NCBI RefSeq assembly: GCF_009914755.1
Contig: NC_060927.1
Direction: 5' to 3' (one strand)
Origin: the human T2T-CHM13v2.0 reference genome, Homo sapiens
DNA: 64,000 nucleotides
A program made the position numbers and the translations under genes. This document shows positions 1 to 17,874 of this stretch, piece after piece; the stretch's first letter is position 1, and each line of letters begins with the position of its first letter. The notes beneath the pieces were generated by a model. The model saw only the letters and a program-made list of their open reading frames with translations, ran no database searches and was not told where the DNA came from.

Positions 1-947
1 TATTTCAGCCATTTCTAAGGCGTGTGACTCTTGGCAAGTTACTTTACTACCTTTTATTTGCTTTATCATCTGCCAAAGCCTCAGAGGATATTTTTTAAAA
101 ACTTAATTCATATAAAGCACTTAGTAGTTCCTGGCACATAGAAAACACACAATAAGCGTGAGTTTCTACTATTATTTTCAAAAGTATGAAGTTAATAACG
201 TTCAAATATTTTCCAGAAAAAAATTGTGAAAGTAAGAGGATCTTATTTAAAATTGGTAATACACAAACCTCTGAATCTGTTATGACACAAACAGATTTTC
301 TCCTTGATAAGATCAATGATTAATCTCCAATTACCTTCAATTGACTTACTAACAAGAAACAGTAAGAGGTAAGCTTCAGATACACAGAGATTTATGACTT
401 AACACTTGCTGCTGTCAGGAATTACTCACAATCCTTTAGAAATCTAAAGATTCATGTGATATTAAAAGTGTAGAGCTGTATATCCCCAATGTAATTATTG
501 ATTTTATTCCCCTATTTATATTGCCTACTCTCCAACGTTCTTAAGATCTAATGAGATGGGAACAATAAGATTCTTATTGCTGTAAGTGGCCCACATTGTT
601 TGGTTTTTATCTTCTTCCTTAGACTTAGAGATAATAAAACATGGACACATCCTCTCTCTCTTCCTAGGACTATGGAAATGAATGAAATAATTTGAAGTAT
701 GTAGTTCATTTGTTTTCAGCATCAATGATCCTTTTTCAAGAGTGCTGTACTTATCTATGTCAGTATTTCTGCTCCCTTTCCACAGTTCCCACCAGGAACC
801 ATGCCAAATCTAACCAGACTCCAAGCTACCTTCCTGTGAGCCTTTTATCTCTGCATGTGCAATCTTCTCTATTATAATTTTTGAATATCTAGGCTCAAAG
901 TAGGAGAGGCCCTGAGCGATTTAAATTTTGATAATTATGAACAATAG

Positions 948-1395
948 TGTCAATTTCCTGGGGCTGCCATAACAAAGTACCATAAACAGGATAGCTTAAA
1001 ACAACAAAAATTTATTCTCTCATAGTTCTGAGAACTAGAAGTCTGGGGGCTGGTGTCAGCAGGGCCATGCTCCCTCTAAGATTCTGGATAAAATCTTTCC
1101 TTGCTTCTTCCTAGCTTCTGGGGGTGCCCATAGATCCTTGGCATTCCTTGGGTTGCAGCTACATCACTCCAATCTCTGCCAGTAATTACATGGTGTTCTC
1201 CCTATCTGTGTTATCACATGCCACTTCCTCTTCTTATAGAGACTCCAGTCTTACTGTATTAGGGCCCACACTAATGACCTCACCTTAACTTGATTGTATG
1301 TGCAAAGACCTTATTTCCAAATAAGGCACATTCACAGGTGCTATGTATTAGGATTTAAACATATCTTTAGGGATGATATAATTCAATTCATAACA
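948..1395 (-). mobile_element. MaLR solo LTR (MLT1B/C/D-like)
   Basis: Reverse complement reads TGTTATGAATTGAAT...ACTTTGTTATGGCAGCCCCAGGAAATTGACA, the typical MLT1 termini; ~450 bp. Confidence 0.75.
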
Positions 1396-3597
1396 AGGAA
1401 TTTATAAAGTATGACATTAGCAAATATATTCTTTTTTTATGTTTATTCCCCAAACTGCTCAGAATAATGCTTTAAACGTAGAATATTAAAATGCATACTG
1501 ATTTGAATTTAATTTACTTTTATCCCCATGGTAACATAAGGTACACTATAGTTCCCTGATAACACTAAAGAATAAAGTTCTAAGTTAGAAAAATATTTGT
1601 ACCTTGTGATGACTATAATTATTTAGTGGAATGAAAGAGATTTTTCTGGAAATCATGGTTAGTTTCTTGTTGAATTGTGTATAAATAGTTAGAGTCAGGA
1701 AGTTTTAGACTGCATTTCTTTGGGTTTTTCTTTAGCTTCCCAATCACTTTTTCACCTTTAGAGGTTCTATTGATTTTCCTCACTGTGTCAGTCTTTGGAA
1801 ACAAGAGTTTGCTAGTTACTTGTAAAAGTCACCTAAGTAGCCATCTGGGAAGCAGAAAACATGGGTTTTGATTCCATATTGACCAACTATCTAGATGTCT
1901 GACTTTGGAGAACTGTCTTTATGAGGATTGTCATGCATTTCCTAACCCTCTCTTTCCCACGTTTGTTTGATGAGGGATTTAGAAATCTAAAATATAAAAT
2001 TTTTTTCCAACTAAAATGATTTTTGCTTTTTATGGTACCTCTGTGCCATCTCATAAGTTAGGTATGTGGATTTAACAAGCAAACATTAAGAACATGTATT
2101 TTACCTCTAACTTCAGATATTCTTAAATATTAAATTATATAAATATAGGTATAATTATACAAGGAGTGAACACCAGATCTTATTTTGTCTATCTACCAAT
2201 ATGTGCAAATGGAAAGGCTTAATTTTCAGGACTCTGTAATGATAATGATATTTATGACTATGGCCTTGCTGAATGACTAAGGAAATTTAATTATATTCTT
2301 TAATTTAGGTATTCAGGCCTAGAATCTTAAAATTCTGTTTCTCAGGCCAGGATTTCTTGATAAGGCACCACACCGAGGCTTAGTATATAGCCTTAGTTCT
2401 AGGTGTATATTATGTCATAACTATTTAAAAAATATACTTGTGTTTATAGATGCTACTTCTCAACCAGCCAGAATAGTCATTCAACATGTACAACCAATCA
2501 GCAATTCTTCCACAACAACAGGAGTTCATCACATCTATTACATGCAAAATCCATACATCACTAAGAAGTTTTTCAAACTCAGGCTCCTGGCTTTTGTAAA
2601 TTTTACTTAATAAACCAATTAAGCTGTATTCATTATAATCCTTGGAGGGTTATCCACCAAGACAATGCTCTTGCAACTAAATTGTCTAACTGAAATATGT
2701 TCGATCTGTCTAAAATTGCCATTGAACCATTTTACTGTTGCAGACCAGCAAAATTTGGATGGGATTTGGATTCATCTAGCAACTTGGGAGACAGATGGTG
2801 TTAAAAAAGATACAAATGTAGCAGCTTCTACTGATTCTTAATATGCCCCGTTTTTGTTGTCTTAAGCATTTTCATCAGTAAATGAAACACTTGTTTTAAG
2901 TCAATGATTTGCATATTAAGTTGGGAGAAAAAAACGTAAGGCAATAACTAAAAACTTGGGCTATTACTGCTGTAGGGAGGCAATTTTCCAGAAAGAAAAA
3001 AAATCCTTAATTTTTGAAAGACATGACTCTATAATTATTCATTAATTTACTCACACATTTATTTACCCAGTAAACGATTTTGAGCAGTAGTCATGGTAGC
3101 TACCATGATAACCCTTGGGGTTGGTTATAAATCTAATTAAACTATGATTCTTGCTCTTAGACAACCTCTCAAGTAGAAAATGAACCATGAATAGAAAACT
3201 ATCAAACAAGTTAAAAAGTTGAAAGTGCCATAAAAGATAAAGTACCACCAAAATTCAGACATGAGAGGACTACTTGCAGCCAAATTCATGAGAAAAAAAT
3301 ACATTTATGTTAGAATTTCTAGGCTGTTTTCAATAAATGGAGATGAAAAGGTAGGCATATGTGGCACTGCTTGTAAATCTAAGAAGACTAGCGAAAACTC
3401 GAAGCTAATGAAAGGAAAAGAAACTATCTAGAGCAGTCAGAGATAAAATTGGAAAGATTAGTTATTTTGAACAATGATTAAAAGGTTTGCACTTTACTAA
3501 GCAATAAGGAGCAATTAAAACTCTTTGCTAGAGGTATGTTATGTTTAATGAGGTTTACTTAGTAATGATGTATAGGATACTTTAAAGGAGCAAAAAG

Positions 3598-3745
3598 TAG
3601 CCTGTGGTCCCAGCTACTCAGGAAGCTGAGGCAGAAGGATCACTTGAGCCCAGGGATGGAGGCAGCAGTGAGCTGCGATCATGTCACTGTACTACAGCCT
3701 GGGCAGCAGAGTGAGACCGTGTCTCAAAATTAATAATAATAATAA
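3598..3745 (+). mobile_element. Alu right-arm fragment / FRAM (old, AluJ-like)
   Basis: CCTGTGGTCCCAGCTACTCAGGAAGCTGAGGCAG...AGCCTGGGCAGCAGAGTGAGACCGTGTCTC followed by an (AAT)n tail. Confidence 0.85.
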
Positions 3746-4139
3746 TGGAAGGAAGAAATAACTCTTAGAGTAGAGGTGTGTTTCTTTCCTCCAGATAGAA
3801 AAACAAAGGCTTAGTGGATATAAAAACTGAGGCAAACATAATGAGAAGAGGAGATAACTGAAACAAGTTCTATTTCCTTTGACATTTTCCTCGTATAGAA
3901 GAGACAATCATGTTTATAAAAATGTAGTGGTAGCAACAAGACCCTTAAGAAGGTGGAAAACTTTTCCATTGACTATAGAGTCAACTGGAGAAAAAAAATG
4001 GGAAGTAGCTATAACATTACAACATGAGTTCACAGTGAACCCAATTAGCAGTTTTTAAAAATGTCTTCATTTGCTCTCAATTATGGATTGAGATATATCT
4101 GACTTTGGGGGCTGCCATGGCAATAATTCATGGAAACAA

Positions 4140-4430
4140 ATCATTGATTCATTTATTCATTATTTCACTTTTTTTTATTTTTAAAACTTGACACAAATAT
4201 TCTGGGAACCCGCTATGTTCAAGGTGTGATGCTGGAATATACTTGCAATATAGCAGTAAACAAAATACAGTTCCTGCCCGCATGGATCTTATACTCTGAT
4301 CAGGCAGAATACAAATTAGTAGGCAAATATATTGCAGTAAATGTTATAGTAGAGCCTGTACACATGGTTATATGACTACATAGAAGAGCCCTCTAACACC
4401 TACATGAAAGCATGAAAGGTTTCCTAGGAA
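4140..4430 (-). mobile_element. L2 3' fragment
   Basis: (ATTC)n-like terminus followed by degenerate L2 motifs (CTATGTTCAAGG...CAGTAAACAAAATACAGTTCCTGCCCGCATGGATCTTATACTCT). Confidence 0.5.
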
Positions 4431-4555
4431 AAACTAAACTGTGATTAACAGAGAATGGAGATGAGTGTGTGTGTGCATATATATATATATATATGATATT
4501 ATATTATATATTATATATAAAAATAGTGAAATAATGAATAATGAATCAATGATGA

Positions 4556-4599
<44 letters not shown>

Positions 4600-4635
4600 T
4601 CATCTCCATTCTTTGTTAATCACAGTTTAGTTTTT
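4429..4635. repeat. 38-bp inverted repeat enclosing (TA)n microsatellites
   Basis: 4429-4466 is the reverse complement of 4598-4635 at 37/38 positions; (TA)21 at 4557-4598. Confidence 0.95.
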
Positions 4636-4712
4636 TGTGCATGTACATACATACACACAGTATATAAATATAAGCCCAGAACATTAGATGTGTATTCATA
4701 TGTCAGTAGGAC

Positions 4713-5555
4713 AGTGATACTGTGAAATATAAACTTGGTCTTAGTCCCCATTTCCTGACATACAACTCCTAAAGCCCTTGAAATCTTCAGAGTGATGAGT
4801 GTCTTTTGGATACTCATGACATGACTGGTGGCTGGGGGCCCCTAGACAGCTTCAGGATGAGGGCCAGTCACCTAAAAGACCAAGGGAGGATTAGAGGGTT
4901 GGGAGTTTCAACCCTAACCCTCTAACCTTTAGGGAGGGGAGAGGGGCTAAAGGTTGAATTAATTACCAATGGCCAACCATATGATAAATCATGCCTATTA
5001 AATAAAGGTTCCATAAAAACCGAAAGGATTGGGTTCAGGAGCTTTTGGATTGCTGAACACATAGGGGTTCTTAAAGGGTGGCACACCCAAAAAGAACATG
5101 GAAGCTTTGCACTTTCTCCCATACCTCACGCTATACATCTCTTTCCTCTGGCTGTTCATCCCTATCCTTTGTAATATTCTTTATAATAAATGGGTAAATG
5201 TAAGTAAAGTGTTTCCCTGAGTTCTGTGAGCCACTCTAGGAAATTAAAGGAACCCATGCAAGGGGTCATGGGCACTTTCCATTTACACCCAGTTGGTCAG
5301 AAGTCTAGGTAAAAACCTGCAGTTATGACTGGGTCTGGAGTGATGGGCAGTCTTGTGAAACTGAGCCCTCAACCTGTGGAATCTGACTCTACCTCCAGGT
5401 AGATAGTGTCGATGTTGAATTGAAAACACCAGGTAGATGATGTCCACTGCAGAACTGCTTGGTGTGTAGCTAAAAACCCCCACGCATCTGACGTCAGAAA
5501 GGGATGTGTTGAATGGCTATGTGAAAGTAGGAAAGGAGAAACACTGATTTTTTTT
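4713..5555 (+). mobile_element. MER21-family ERVL LTR
   Basis: Start GTGATACTGTGAAATATAAACTTGGTCTTAGTCCCCATTTCCTGACATACAACTCCTAAAGCCCTTG, and internal AATAAATGGGTAAATGTAAGTAAAGTGTTTCCCTGAGTTCTGTGAGCCACTCTAG match MER21B/C. Confidence 0.7.
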
Positions 5556-5559
5556 CTGT

Positions 5560-8613
<3,054 letters not shown>

Positions 8614-8869
8614 TATTTATCTAGGACCTACTTTTGGCTCAGCTCTTTACTTCATATTATGGCTAATTAAGTCTGCTTCTCTTGAGTTTGGAATATCAGC
8701 ATCTATGCCTTTCCAAATAAAACATACATTAAATCACAGTTATGTATTACTTATGTTATTCAAGCTACATTTTATCAATAGCTACTATGACCCACAGACA
8801 ATGCTTGATAATTTTCAGGTGGAAAATATTTATCCCTGACTTCTCTCTCTCGCTCTATTATACAGCTAT

Positions 8870-9642
8870 TTCTAATACATCAGCAAAGTCTGTTGAATTT
8901 ACGTTCAAATTCATCCAGAATCCAACTACTTTCCATCTCAATTACTACCATGCTGGCTAAAGTCATCATCATTTCCCACTTTAATGTAAAACAGATTTTA
9001 GTAGGTGTCCATGTTCCTAGCTCTGCCCTCTCTTTAACATATCAACCAGAATGATCCTTTGAAAATATGTCCGCTTTGTCACTCCTCTGTTTAAAATCCT
9101 GTAGTGCTGAGCCACTTTACTTATAATAGAACTAAACTTTTACAAATTCCTTCAATATTCATTGGATACTGTGCTTCCAATCTGATGTATTTTTCTACTA
9201 ACATTCTTCCCTTTCCATCTGACCCATCATCAGCCATAATTGGCTTCTTGCAGTTCTACATTTTTTTCCAGACATACTGTTTTTTTTCTGCAAGGAAGAC
9301 TCTTCCTCTAGATGTCCTCTTAGCTAGATCTCACCTCTCCTTCAAGTCTTAGCTCATATATCGTCCTACCAATGATACCTACACTAACTCCCCTTATTTA
9401 AAACTACAAACTGCCTACAAAATATTCCTCAACTCACATACCACATCCTACTGCCCCATCTCTGTATTTCCCACGTAGCACTTTATAGCATACTTCACAG
9501 TTGACCTATTTGTCATTTTAATTATTTACTGTTTGTTTCTCTTCCCTGAATGATAAACTTCATAGAGAAAGTTTTGTATCCCACATGCTTAGAAAAATTA
9601 CTAATAGCAGGTGCTCCATAAATATTTATCAAATAAATTAAT
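8870..9642 (+). mobile_element. L2 3' region
   Basis: CAGCAAAGTCTGTTGAATTTAC...ATCCAGAATCCAACTACTTTCC...GTCACTCCTCTGTTTAAAATCC, ending GTGCTCCATAAATATTTATCAAATAAAT. Confidence 0.7.
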
Positions 9643-12031
9643 ACTTATTCTCAGTTGAATGCAAACCATCTTTCCATAAATGTGAGCACAATTCTAAATT
9701 TGTGATGATGCCCTGTTGGTACTGAATCATGTACTACTCTGTCTCTGAATACATCAATAATCTTAAGTACTCTAACATTTAGTACAGTTTTAAAATTATT
9801 ATATTGAGAGTATAGGAAGGAGGTTGTGATCTTATTTTAATGAACAGCAAAACCTGTCTGTACACAGACTACCACAGTAAATTATGCTGTAAATCAAATT
9901 TAGGTGTGTACAACATTAGGGGTATGAATTTCATTATAATTTGCATACTGTGGCTCATTCAGAAAATTCACTAAGCACCCTTTGTATGCCAGGAATCATG
10001 TTTGGAAATAAGAGGATGAAGTGAACAGAATATTACCTCTAACCTTAAAGGAACTTATATTCCGAAAGGGAAGAAGGGAGTTGTCTGATGAAAAGACTCA
10101 ATGGAAGCAGCAGCAGAAAGAGATTAAGCTAAAAATAGAAAAATCTCTAAAAAAGCACATATTTGAAAATTACATATCAAGGCTAAGCATCTTAGAAACT
10201 TCCTACTCATTGAGAGTATGTTTAATTTTATTACTCCTTGCAAGAAGCAAAGAGATAGGCAAGGAAAGGCCAATTATCCTGTAGAGTAGATTTTTGAGTT
10301 GAGCGCAACTGAAGCTTAAAAAAGGTGCATTATTAATTCCTTGGCAATTAAAAGGCATGTTCTAGTGAGAGCAACCTCTTTTTTTCTTCCTGGAGATCCT
10401 CATCTTCTCCACACTGCAGCCATTCTGCGTACAGTTTTACGCCTGCTATCTTAATGGTAATAATAATGACAACAATAATAATAAATAATGTGTCAAAATA
10501 ATAGTAACAGCAATAATCATACAAATATGATTCATAAACATCTATGGATTATTTTATCTAGAAAGGGAGTAATTTACATCATCAATGTCTAATCTTGCAA
10601 TCTTCATAATACTCTCCGTGGTCATTTTCTGTGGCCATCTCTACCATCCCCTCTATGACTTTATTTAGAGTTTTTCTCTTTAAGTGTTCAAGTACATATT
10701 TATTGTTTTTACCAATCTGCATATTCATTTTATCATCTATTAATTTTCATATATATAGTGTTTCCAGGTGTACCAAGTATTTTATCTGTTTCAATCTATT
10801 TATGTGTATCTGTCTAGATATTACAAATCAAACCATCCTGCAAATATTGAATTTATCTCTACTTTAGCTATTATACACAAAGTCTCTGAAGTTCAGAATC
10901 TAAAGATCATCTAAGTCCAATTCTTTCAGTTTACAAATGGTGAAACAAATACATGGAAAGTTAAATTTATCTAAAATTGTTTACCTATATATGAAGAAGT
11001 CAGGTTTAGAAAACAATAAGATGTAGTAGCCGTTTTTGGTGAACCTCTAATCTTTGTATGACAGAACTCTCCTTGAATAAAACATAGAAAATTGGATGTA
11101 AATTTGACAGCATGGGAAAATATTTCATTCAAATAATCTAAACTACTTAGTATTTAGGTGGTTTTGTTTTTTTGTTGTTTGTTTGTTTTTGCCAGAATTT
11201 CATTCGTTTTTCAAGAATCCTTTTTCTGAGTGTTTAAAGCTACCACAAAGCTATGCTACAATTTTGCAAGAATACCCGATTTTAAAGATACCCATTATTC
11301 CTATGGCAAGAAGAGTACAATTCAAAATACCTTAATATGCAAAAGTCATCTGTTTACCATGCATTCTTCAGCCCTCTCCTTACACTTGAACGGATTTCAA
11401 CAGACTTGAAAAATGCTTCCCTCAATGACAAGAATTCTTCAAACACATCTTAAAAGAGCAATTGATATTCATTCCTTAAAATTAGAATTATTTAACCTTT
11501 ACATGATGAATCCAATCCTTCTTTAACCTTGTTCTTTATCATTTATAAAATGCTGGAATAATATTACACTTTGCCAAAATAAATTTAAAATGGAAGTATC
11601 TATCTTGTCAAATGTATGAATAAGAAGCAGATAAATGCATATTGCCATATTACAAAATGAAAATACATATGTGAAGAGTCTGTGTGTACTACAAAGATCA
11701 GATGGTAAACATATGAGATCAAAAAGCTGTGCTTGCCGGCTAAAGTGAATGGTAAGTTTTGTGTTGTAGCATGATTCTTAGCCAGAGATCTCACCTCTAA
11801 CTGTAGGCAAACACCTCAAAAATTAAGGCCTAGGTCCCACAGAGGTAAAAGAAGAGAATTTTGTGAATTACAACAATTTGGGGACAGTGGAAATAAAGGG
11901 TCCTGGGATCAGGAAACCCATCTTCCAGCTTTGAATCTGCCAACTACTTAGCCAGGAAGTCACAGTCAACTCATTCATTTACTTACTCATTCTATCACGC
12001 ATTCATACATTTATTAAATACTTATTACCTT

Positions 12032-12320
12032 GACTGGGTGTGGTGGTGTATGCTTATAGTCCCAGCACTTTGGGAGTCAAAGGCAGGAGAATTGCTGGAG
12101 GCCAGACTAGGCTGGACAACGTAGCAAGACCCTGTCTCTACAAACGATTTAAAAATCAGCTGGGTGTGATGATGCACACCTGTAGTCCTAGTTACTTGTG
12201 AGGCTGAGGAAAGAGGATTGCTGTTCAGGAGTTCAAGGTTGCAGTGAGCTGAGATCATACCACTGCACTTCAGCCTGGGTAACAGAACAAGACTCTGTCT
12301 GAAACAAACAAACAAACAAC
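12032..12320 (+). mobile_element. AluJ
   Basis: Dimeric Alu with J-type features (GAGGATTGCT...CAGGAGTTCAAGGTTGCAGTGAGC) and an (AAAC)n tail; inserted in L2/MIR remnants. Confidence 0.9.
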
Positions 12321-15261
12321 AAGACTTATTGGCATGTACTATGGGCCAGGCACTGTACTTGTGGTAGTAATACAGTTCTGAACAAATAAGGAACACATGA
12401 TGTGCAAGGACTCTGCCTATGCTCCTAGTAAGCTGTACAGATTTTAAACTATGTAAGATAGGAAATTATTGAAACTCTTCAGAAGGAAAATAACATCATT
12501 TGTTTATGTTTTTTAAAGATCACACTTTGATTGTTCTATACAGAACACAATTGTTGTGGATACAAGAGCAGAAGCAATTCTAAAACCACATTCACAACCA
12601 TTGCAACATGAAAAAAGGCAGGGAAATTATGATCACAGCCATTGGCTTAATGGAGGAACTCCAATTTGCTGAGATGGAATGGCCAGTTTATGGATAAACG
12701 GTGACAAGTGACAGAGCCAAAATTGGAAAATGTTTATTTGTTCTTCCACTACAACACAGCTACATTTCAGTAGTCAACCATTCACACATTCAATCAGCAA
12801 CCTGGTGTATTAAGCCTTGTGTATAATTGATCTCACAAATGTATAAACATGTTTTACAGTTTTATCTTGGAGGAGTGAAGTGAAACAGAGTAATTGGCTC
12901 AGAAACCACCATTTCCTAGTCGCTGGATTTTTACTTGACATATTGTTCCTTCTGTTATGTTCTTCAAACAGATTGAAATTTCAGAAACATTTTTGATCTG
13001 GGATATCTCTATTCACCCAGATATTATAATTCTATCTCTTAAGAATCTCTGGAATTCATATCCTCTTATTGTAGACTCTAATTAGCTAATTTTTAGGTTA
13101 TTAAGCAGATTTTATCTCATCTCCTTATTATCCTATTTCTATCATTTACAAAAACGCTAGCCCTTTATATTTTCCATATACTCTGGGGCTCTGGGAATTT
13201 ACTTATGAAGAAGACACATCTCGACAAATCCACAGAGGAGGAGGATATACATGTAAAGTACTAGATTCAATGCAGTATAGATAAATATACTTAGAATGCA
13301 GCATAGACAAGTAATTTACTAGCTCCTGGTCAAGGTAGGGCAGGTTTCATTTAAGGTAACGTTTGAGATGGCTCTTAAAGAATGAAGCTGGAATGGAGAT
13401 CAGTCTTTGCCTTACCTAATTTTGTCTCTCCACCTTTTAATATCAGTGCTTCTAGTATTAAATCACCATGCACAGTTCTGAGCATTGCAACAATTTTTAA
13501 CATTTTTGTACGTAAGCACAAAGTACAGTCTATACTATGGATTCAAAGTCCTTGATAAATTTCTCAATGTATAGTAACAGACCATTATTAATGCACAATA
13601 TTATTTTAGATGAGTAGAATTCTTAATATCAGTAATTTTAAATATATTTAATATTCATTAGGAAAAATAATACTAGTATATCAAACTTAGATGCTTAGAA
13701 GAATTTTAGCTAAAAAGTAAAATCAATGTAAAATTAATTAAATAAAAAATAAATAATGTTATATTTGGCAAATCTTTGGATACAGAAAAATGTGAATGTC
13801 ATTATTAAATCACTGAACTTTGGAAAACAGCATCATAATAGATGGTCTTGGGCTATTCACTAGCCAGCAACACCTAACAACATTTCAGGTGGCCTTGAGT
13901 ATATCTTCATAACCTTCTACCTCTGCTCAGGCCATTTATTCTGACTGAGGTGCTGGTTTCCTCCACTCAGTTATAACCTCCTCTTCTAACATTTAGTTTA
14001 AATCTTTATTATAGCATTTAATATATATTCTATTATGTGTTAAAATAATATTTGGTATTGTCATCCCTGCAGTAGTGGAAACTGAGAGGAAGGCTTGTAC
14101 AGGCTGGATGTATCTCTGATTTTCTGTTCTAAACTAAGGGCCTGGCTTATACTTCCCAACAAGTGAATAAGCATGAAAGTACAATGTAGGTGTTCAGTTA
14201 CTGTTTGCTGAATTGAATTGATCAGGCTGCTGAAAGATCCAACTCCCTTAAGGTCTCCATTGTTAAATGTCACTTCTGACTTACACAACAATGACAAACC
14301 ATAGCTTCTGCAAGACCATATTTAAAATAAACATCCGTTGCCTGGGAACACAGCATGTCTCATTGGCAGAGTTCTATGGACTATTTTATCTAATTAGCTC
14401 ATATCAGCAAGAAACGCCTATGAGTATGAGATAGAAAAAGAGAGAAAAAATGAAAGGGAGATCGTCATAATCATGATGGCCATTTGAACAGAATGTTATC
14501 ATTTCCTTACATTTCTTCACTTCAGGTTGATTACATCCAAGTGACAGATACTGTGGTTACTGTTACTGTTCCCATATTCCATTGAAATGATACAAATGAA
14601 AGTGCAGAGTTCAGTATCAACTGTCTTCTTGCCTTCCTTCTTTTTTAGTGGATTTTTACTTTTTAACCTATTCTCTTCACAAATCATAACAATGTTCTAG
14701 GTCAAATTTTACATCAAGATAAAGACCAGTCTTATACATGAATTGAATACTCTCTCTATTCATAAAAATATTCCCCCATCAGTTATTTTCTTTGCCTAAA
14801 CATTGACACAATTTACTAGAAGGAAAAAAATAGTGCTTAAAATTATTTTAATATTCGTTTCACATTTATTTTCTTCAGATATTTATTTCAACTATACACA
14901 CATGTGAATACAAATCCTTTTAATAAACATATTTGGATATGAGCTGGAAAATTGTTTTAATGACTAAAGACTAATTCTGATCATTTGATATATATTATTA
15001 GTGTCTACTTTTAAACATTTTAATGCTAGTTACTGAAGAAAACTTCCAGAACATTTCATATGACTGTGTAATTATTTCTGCTTCACAGAGAACATAGAGG
15101 AAGTAAGATTTCACAGAACAGAAAAAAAGTTTCTTCTGGAGCCAAAACAATAAAGAGGATCATGAGTCAAAGGGAGACTCCATTAGTTAAACGGCAATTG
15201 CTCAGAAGAAAAACTACTTCCTTTTCTTTACCAATAGCTACCATGACATTACCTGCAAGGA

Positions 15262-15810
15262 CTGTGGCAGTCAAAGCTCAGTCAGGAAAGAAGAACCACT
15301 ACGAGTATTATGGAATGAGGACTTTACTATCAGAGTTGGCTGTTACTCAACTGTGAGAAGAGACGAAGATTAAGGTTTAGAATGGAGGAGCTGGAAGATT
15401 CGAGCCAGGTTGCTAAGCTGCCAGTCTGAAGCCCTGGCAAGGGGAATCTGGGAAGCCAGGCATGTCTATCTGTTGGTGTGTGACCACAATGTGGAGCTGT
15501 CAGGAAACTCTATGGAAAGCTGTCAGCTCTGCGTCTCATGGTCAGCCCAGCGTTGCAGTTGGTTAGTAGCGCCAGAAGTCAGAAAGAACTAGACATAAAT
15601 GAGCGGTGAGGACATGCCGAACCCACCAGTACCTCTAGGTTCATCTTTCAATGTTTTGACTGTTACGACCTTCAAGAAGGAGGAACTCTCGCTTCACTTC
15701 TTCCTCCTACGCCTCAGGCAAATACTTATTTTCGTCAACCCTGAGTTAGAAGCATCCAGAAAAAGAATCTGAGAGAATGAACTTCCCACTTAGCCAAGTT
15801 GACTCAGAGA
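15262..15810 (-). mobile_element. Old ERVL-class LTR (LTR33/LTR41-like)
   Basis: Begins TGTGGCAGTCAAAGCTCAGTCAGGAAAGAAGAACCACT, resembling the reverse-complemented 3' end of ancient ERVL LTRs; GC-richer than its flanks. Confidence 0.35.
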
Positions 15811-17874
15811 AAAAAAAATCACGAAGATTACTTGCTTGCGTTCAAGTTTCATTGAAGCTTCAGTGTATCAAAGTCATGAAATTAATAGAATGTATGTTTT
15901 AGGGAGATTCTGATTCTAAAATATTTTGATGGAATTTAATTTCTCAGGCCAGAAGAGATTTTAGTTAAGCATTGATTATAATTGACAAGATTTAGTAATC
16001 AGAGAGGAAGATCGATGTCAATATTTCACATTTTTATCAATATAATAAGCATCAATAATAAGTGAGACATTGTGGTTACAGAAAAACAATTATATGAACT
16101 GTATACTAATATAATATGCTTTCTCAGTCAAATTGGACTAATCTGTACTGATCTTTCAATTTAGCCATAACCAAAGACCAGACTTCACCAGGAAGCAGAT
16201 TTCTGAATTTTCACCATGGATACTAGAAACAAATGTTCCCTAAAATAGCCAGAATTACAAGATGAAATTTATCCAAAGCGTAAGTGGCAATGTCAGTTTA
16301 CCTGAATTAATGCCACATACTAAGGCATTTTAGTTCTCTCAAATCTTAATTTAGATAAATGAAAATGTTATTTAAACCAATCTCAAGGGCACTGAATGTA
16401 AAAACATTAAATGGACAGTTCAATGAGAAAGTGAACAAGAAATGAACAAGAAATCTCTCAAGAACAATGAACATAAACGGGGTACAGAATAGGGAGCTTC
16501 AGACAACTGGGCTGACAGAAAAGAAGGGTGTTGATAATTCCTTTTTCCCATCAAAAGGGAATCAAGGGTGTAGCAATAATCCTCAGCTATAGAATCCCAC
16601 CTAGAGAAGTCTTTCATCAAATTAAAAATACTGTATAAATAATATAATGATTTAAAGTGGTTTACTGTGGTGTCAACATCATTACTTTTTAAAAACGTGG
16701 TTTATGCACTTACAATTTCCAGTGTCCCTTTTTTAACCAATGCTTTGGTGAGATGTGTCAATCAGTTATAAATGAAATGACACTCCTATATCCCAGTTAC
16801 TTTTGTAAACCTATCATTATGTATTTTAAATCTAACATGGATCCATGTTTTAAATTGTCATTAATATCTTTGCAAGATTTGTCTCTAGCCTATCACTGCA
16901 GCTTCAGTACTGTCCTTCTCACACATTCTCTCAGTCATAATAAAGTCTCTGGTATTTTTCATACATGCCACATACATCTTGGCCTCTGGCTGCTATGGAT
17001 GTTGTCCCAGGTGTCTTCTTTCCAATACTGTTTTTCTGATTGAAATGCTAGTCTCCCATGAAACACTCCCTAATCCTCTGAGTAATGTAGGATATGTGCC
17101 TATTTTGGACTCATAAATCAAAATATTTGTGCCACAGCTAGCTTCCTTCTTTATCTTTGTTTATATTTTATTTTTTTTTTTAGATTGTGTGCTTAGCTTC
17201 TACCACGTAATTTTCTTAGCAGTAGAAAAACGTCTTGTGTATCCTCCCTCCATCTTGAGAGCATGCTATGTAAATGGCACTCTTCTAAAGAATCGAATTG
17301 GTGTTGGTGATTTGTTTTTAGCTCCTTGTTCTTTGATCTCCGGCAGTGAATTGGGCTTAGTATGTGAAAAAATATATACATGGTCAAGAAGGCTAACATC
17401 AAACTAATTGTAGCAGAGTATTATGTAACCAACTCTATAAAACTTAGTTTATGATGAAATTCCTTGCCATGTGCCTCTTCATTAATATAGCATCTTCCAG
17501 AATTTGGTAATTATATTATTTTATCAATCTTCCTGTGTGCATCACCTAGGAGGGGGACTATCTAAGTATATTCAAAAAATGATTTTGTCCAGAGCATCTA
17601 ACAAAATAAGATTAAGTAAACACTTGAAAAAAATACATTGATAATGCAGCACTGAGAGCTGAGTTAAGAAGGGCGCATAGCTAAGGGAGGCATAAGCACT
17701 GTTTCTGTTAGGAGATAATTTGGCCAAGTTATTTATGTAGGCAACATGGCTGCTGTGTCCACTTAACAAGCTGTTTCATAAACTAGATGATTGGCAATAT
17801 AATACAGAGCCCTCTTGAACTTCTAAAACAGCTGTTTAGCTCTAAAATGACCACTGTAAATTAGTTCAAGATAA

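Noticed and set aside
2460-2900. Possible ancient transposase or coding remnant
   Set aside because: Only a vague motif resemblance, with stops in the frames I tried; cannot be supported without a profile search.
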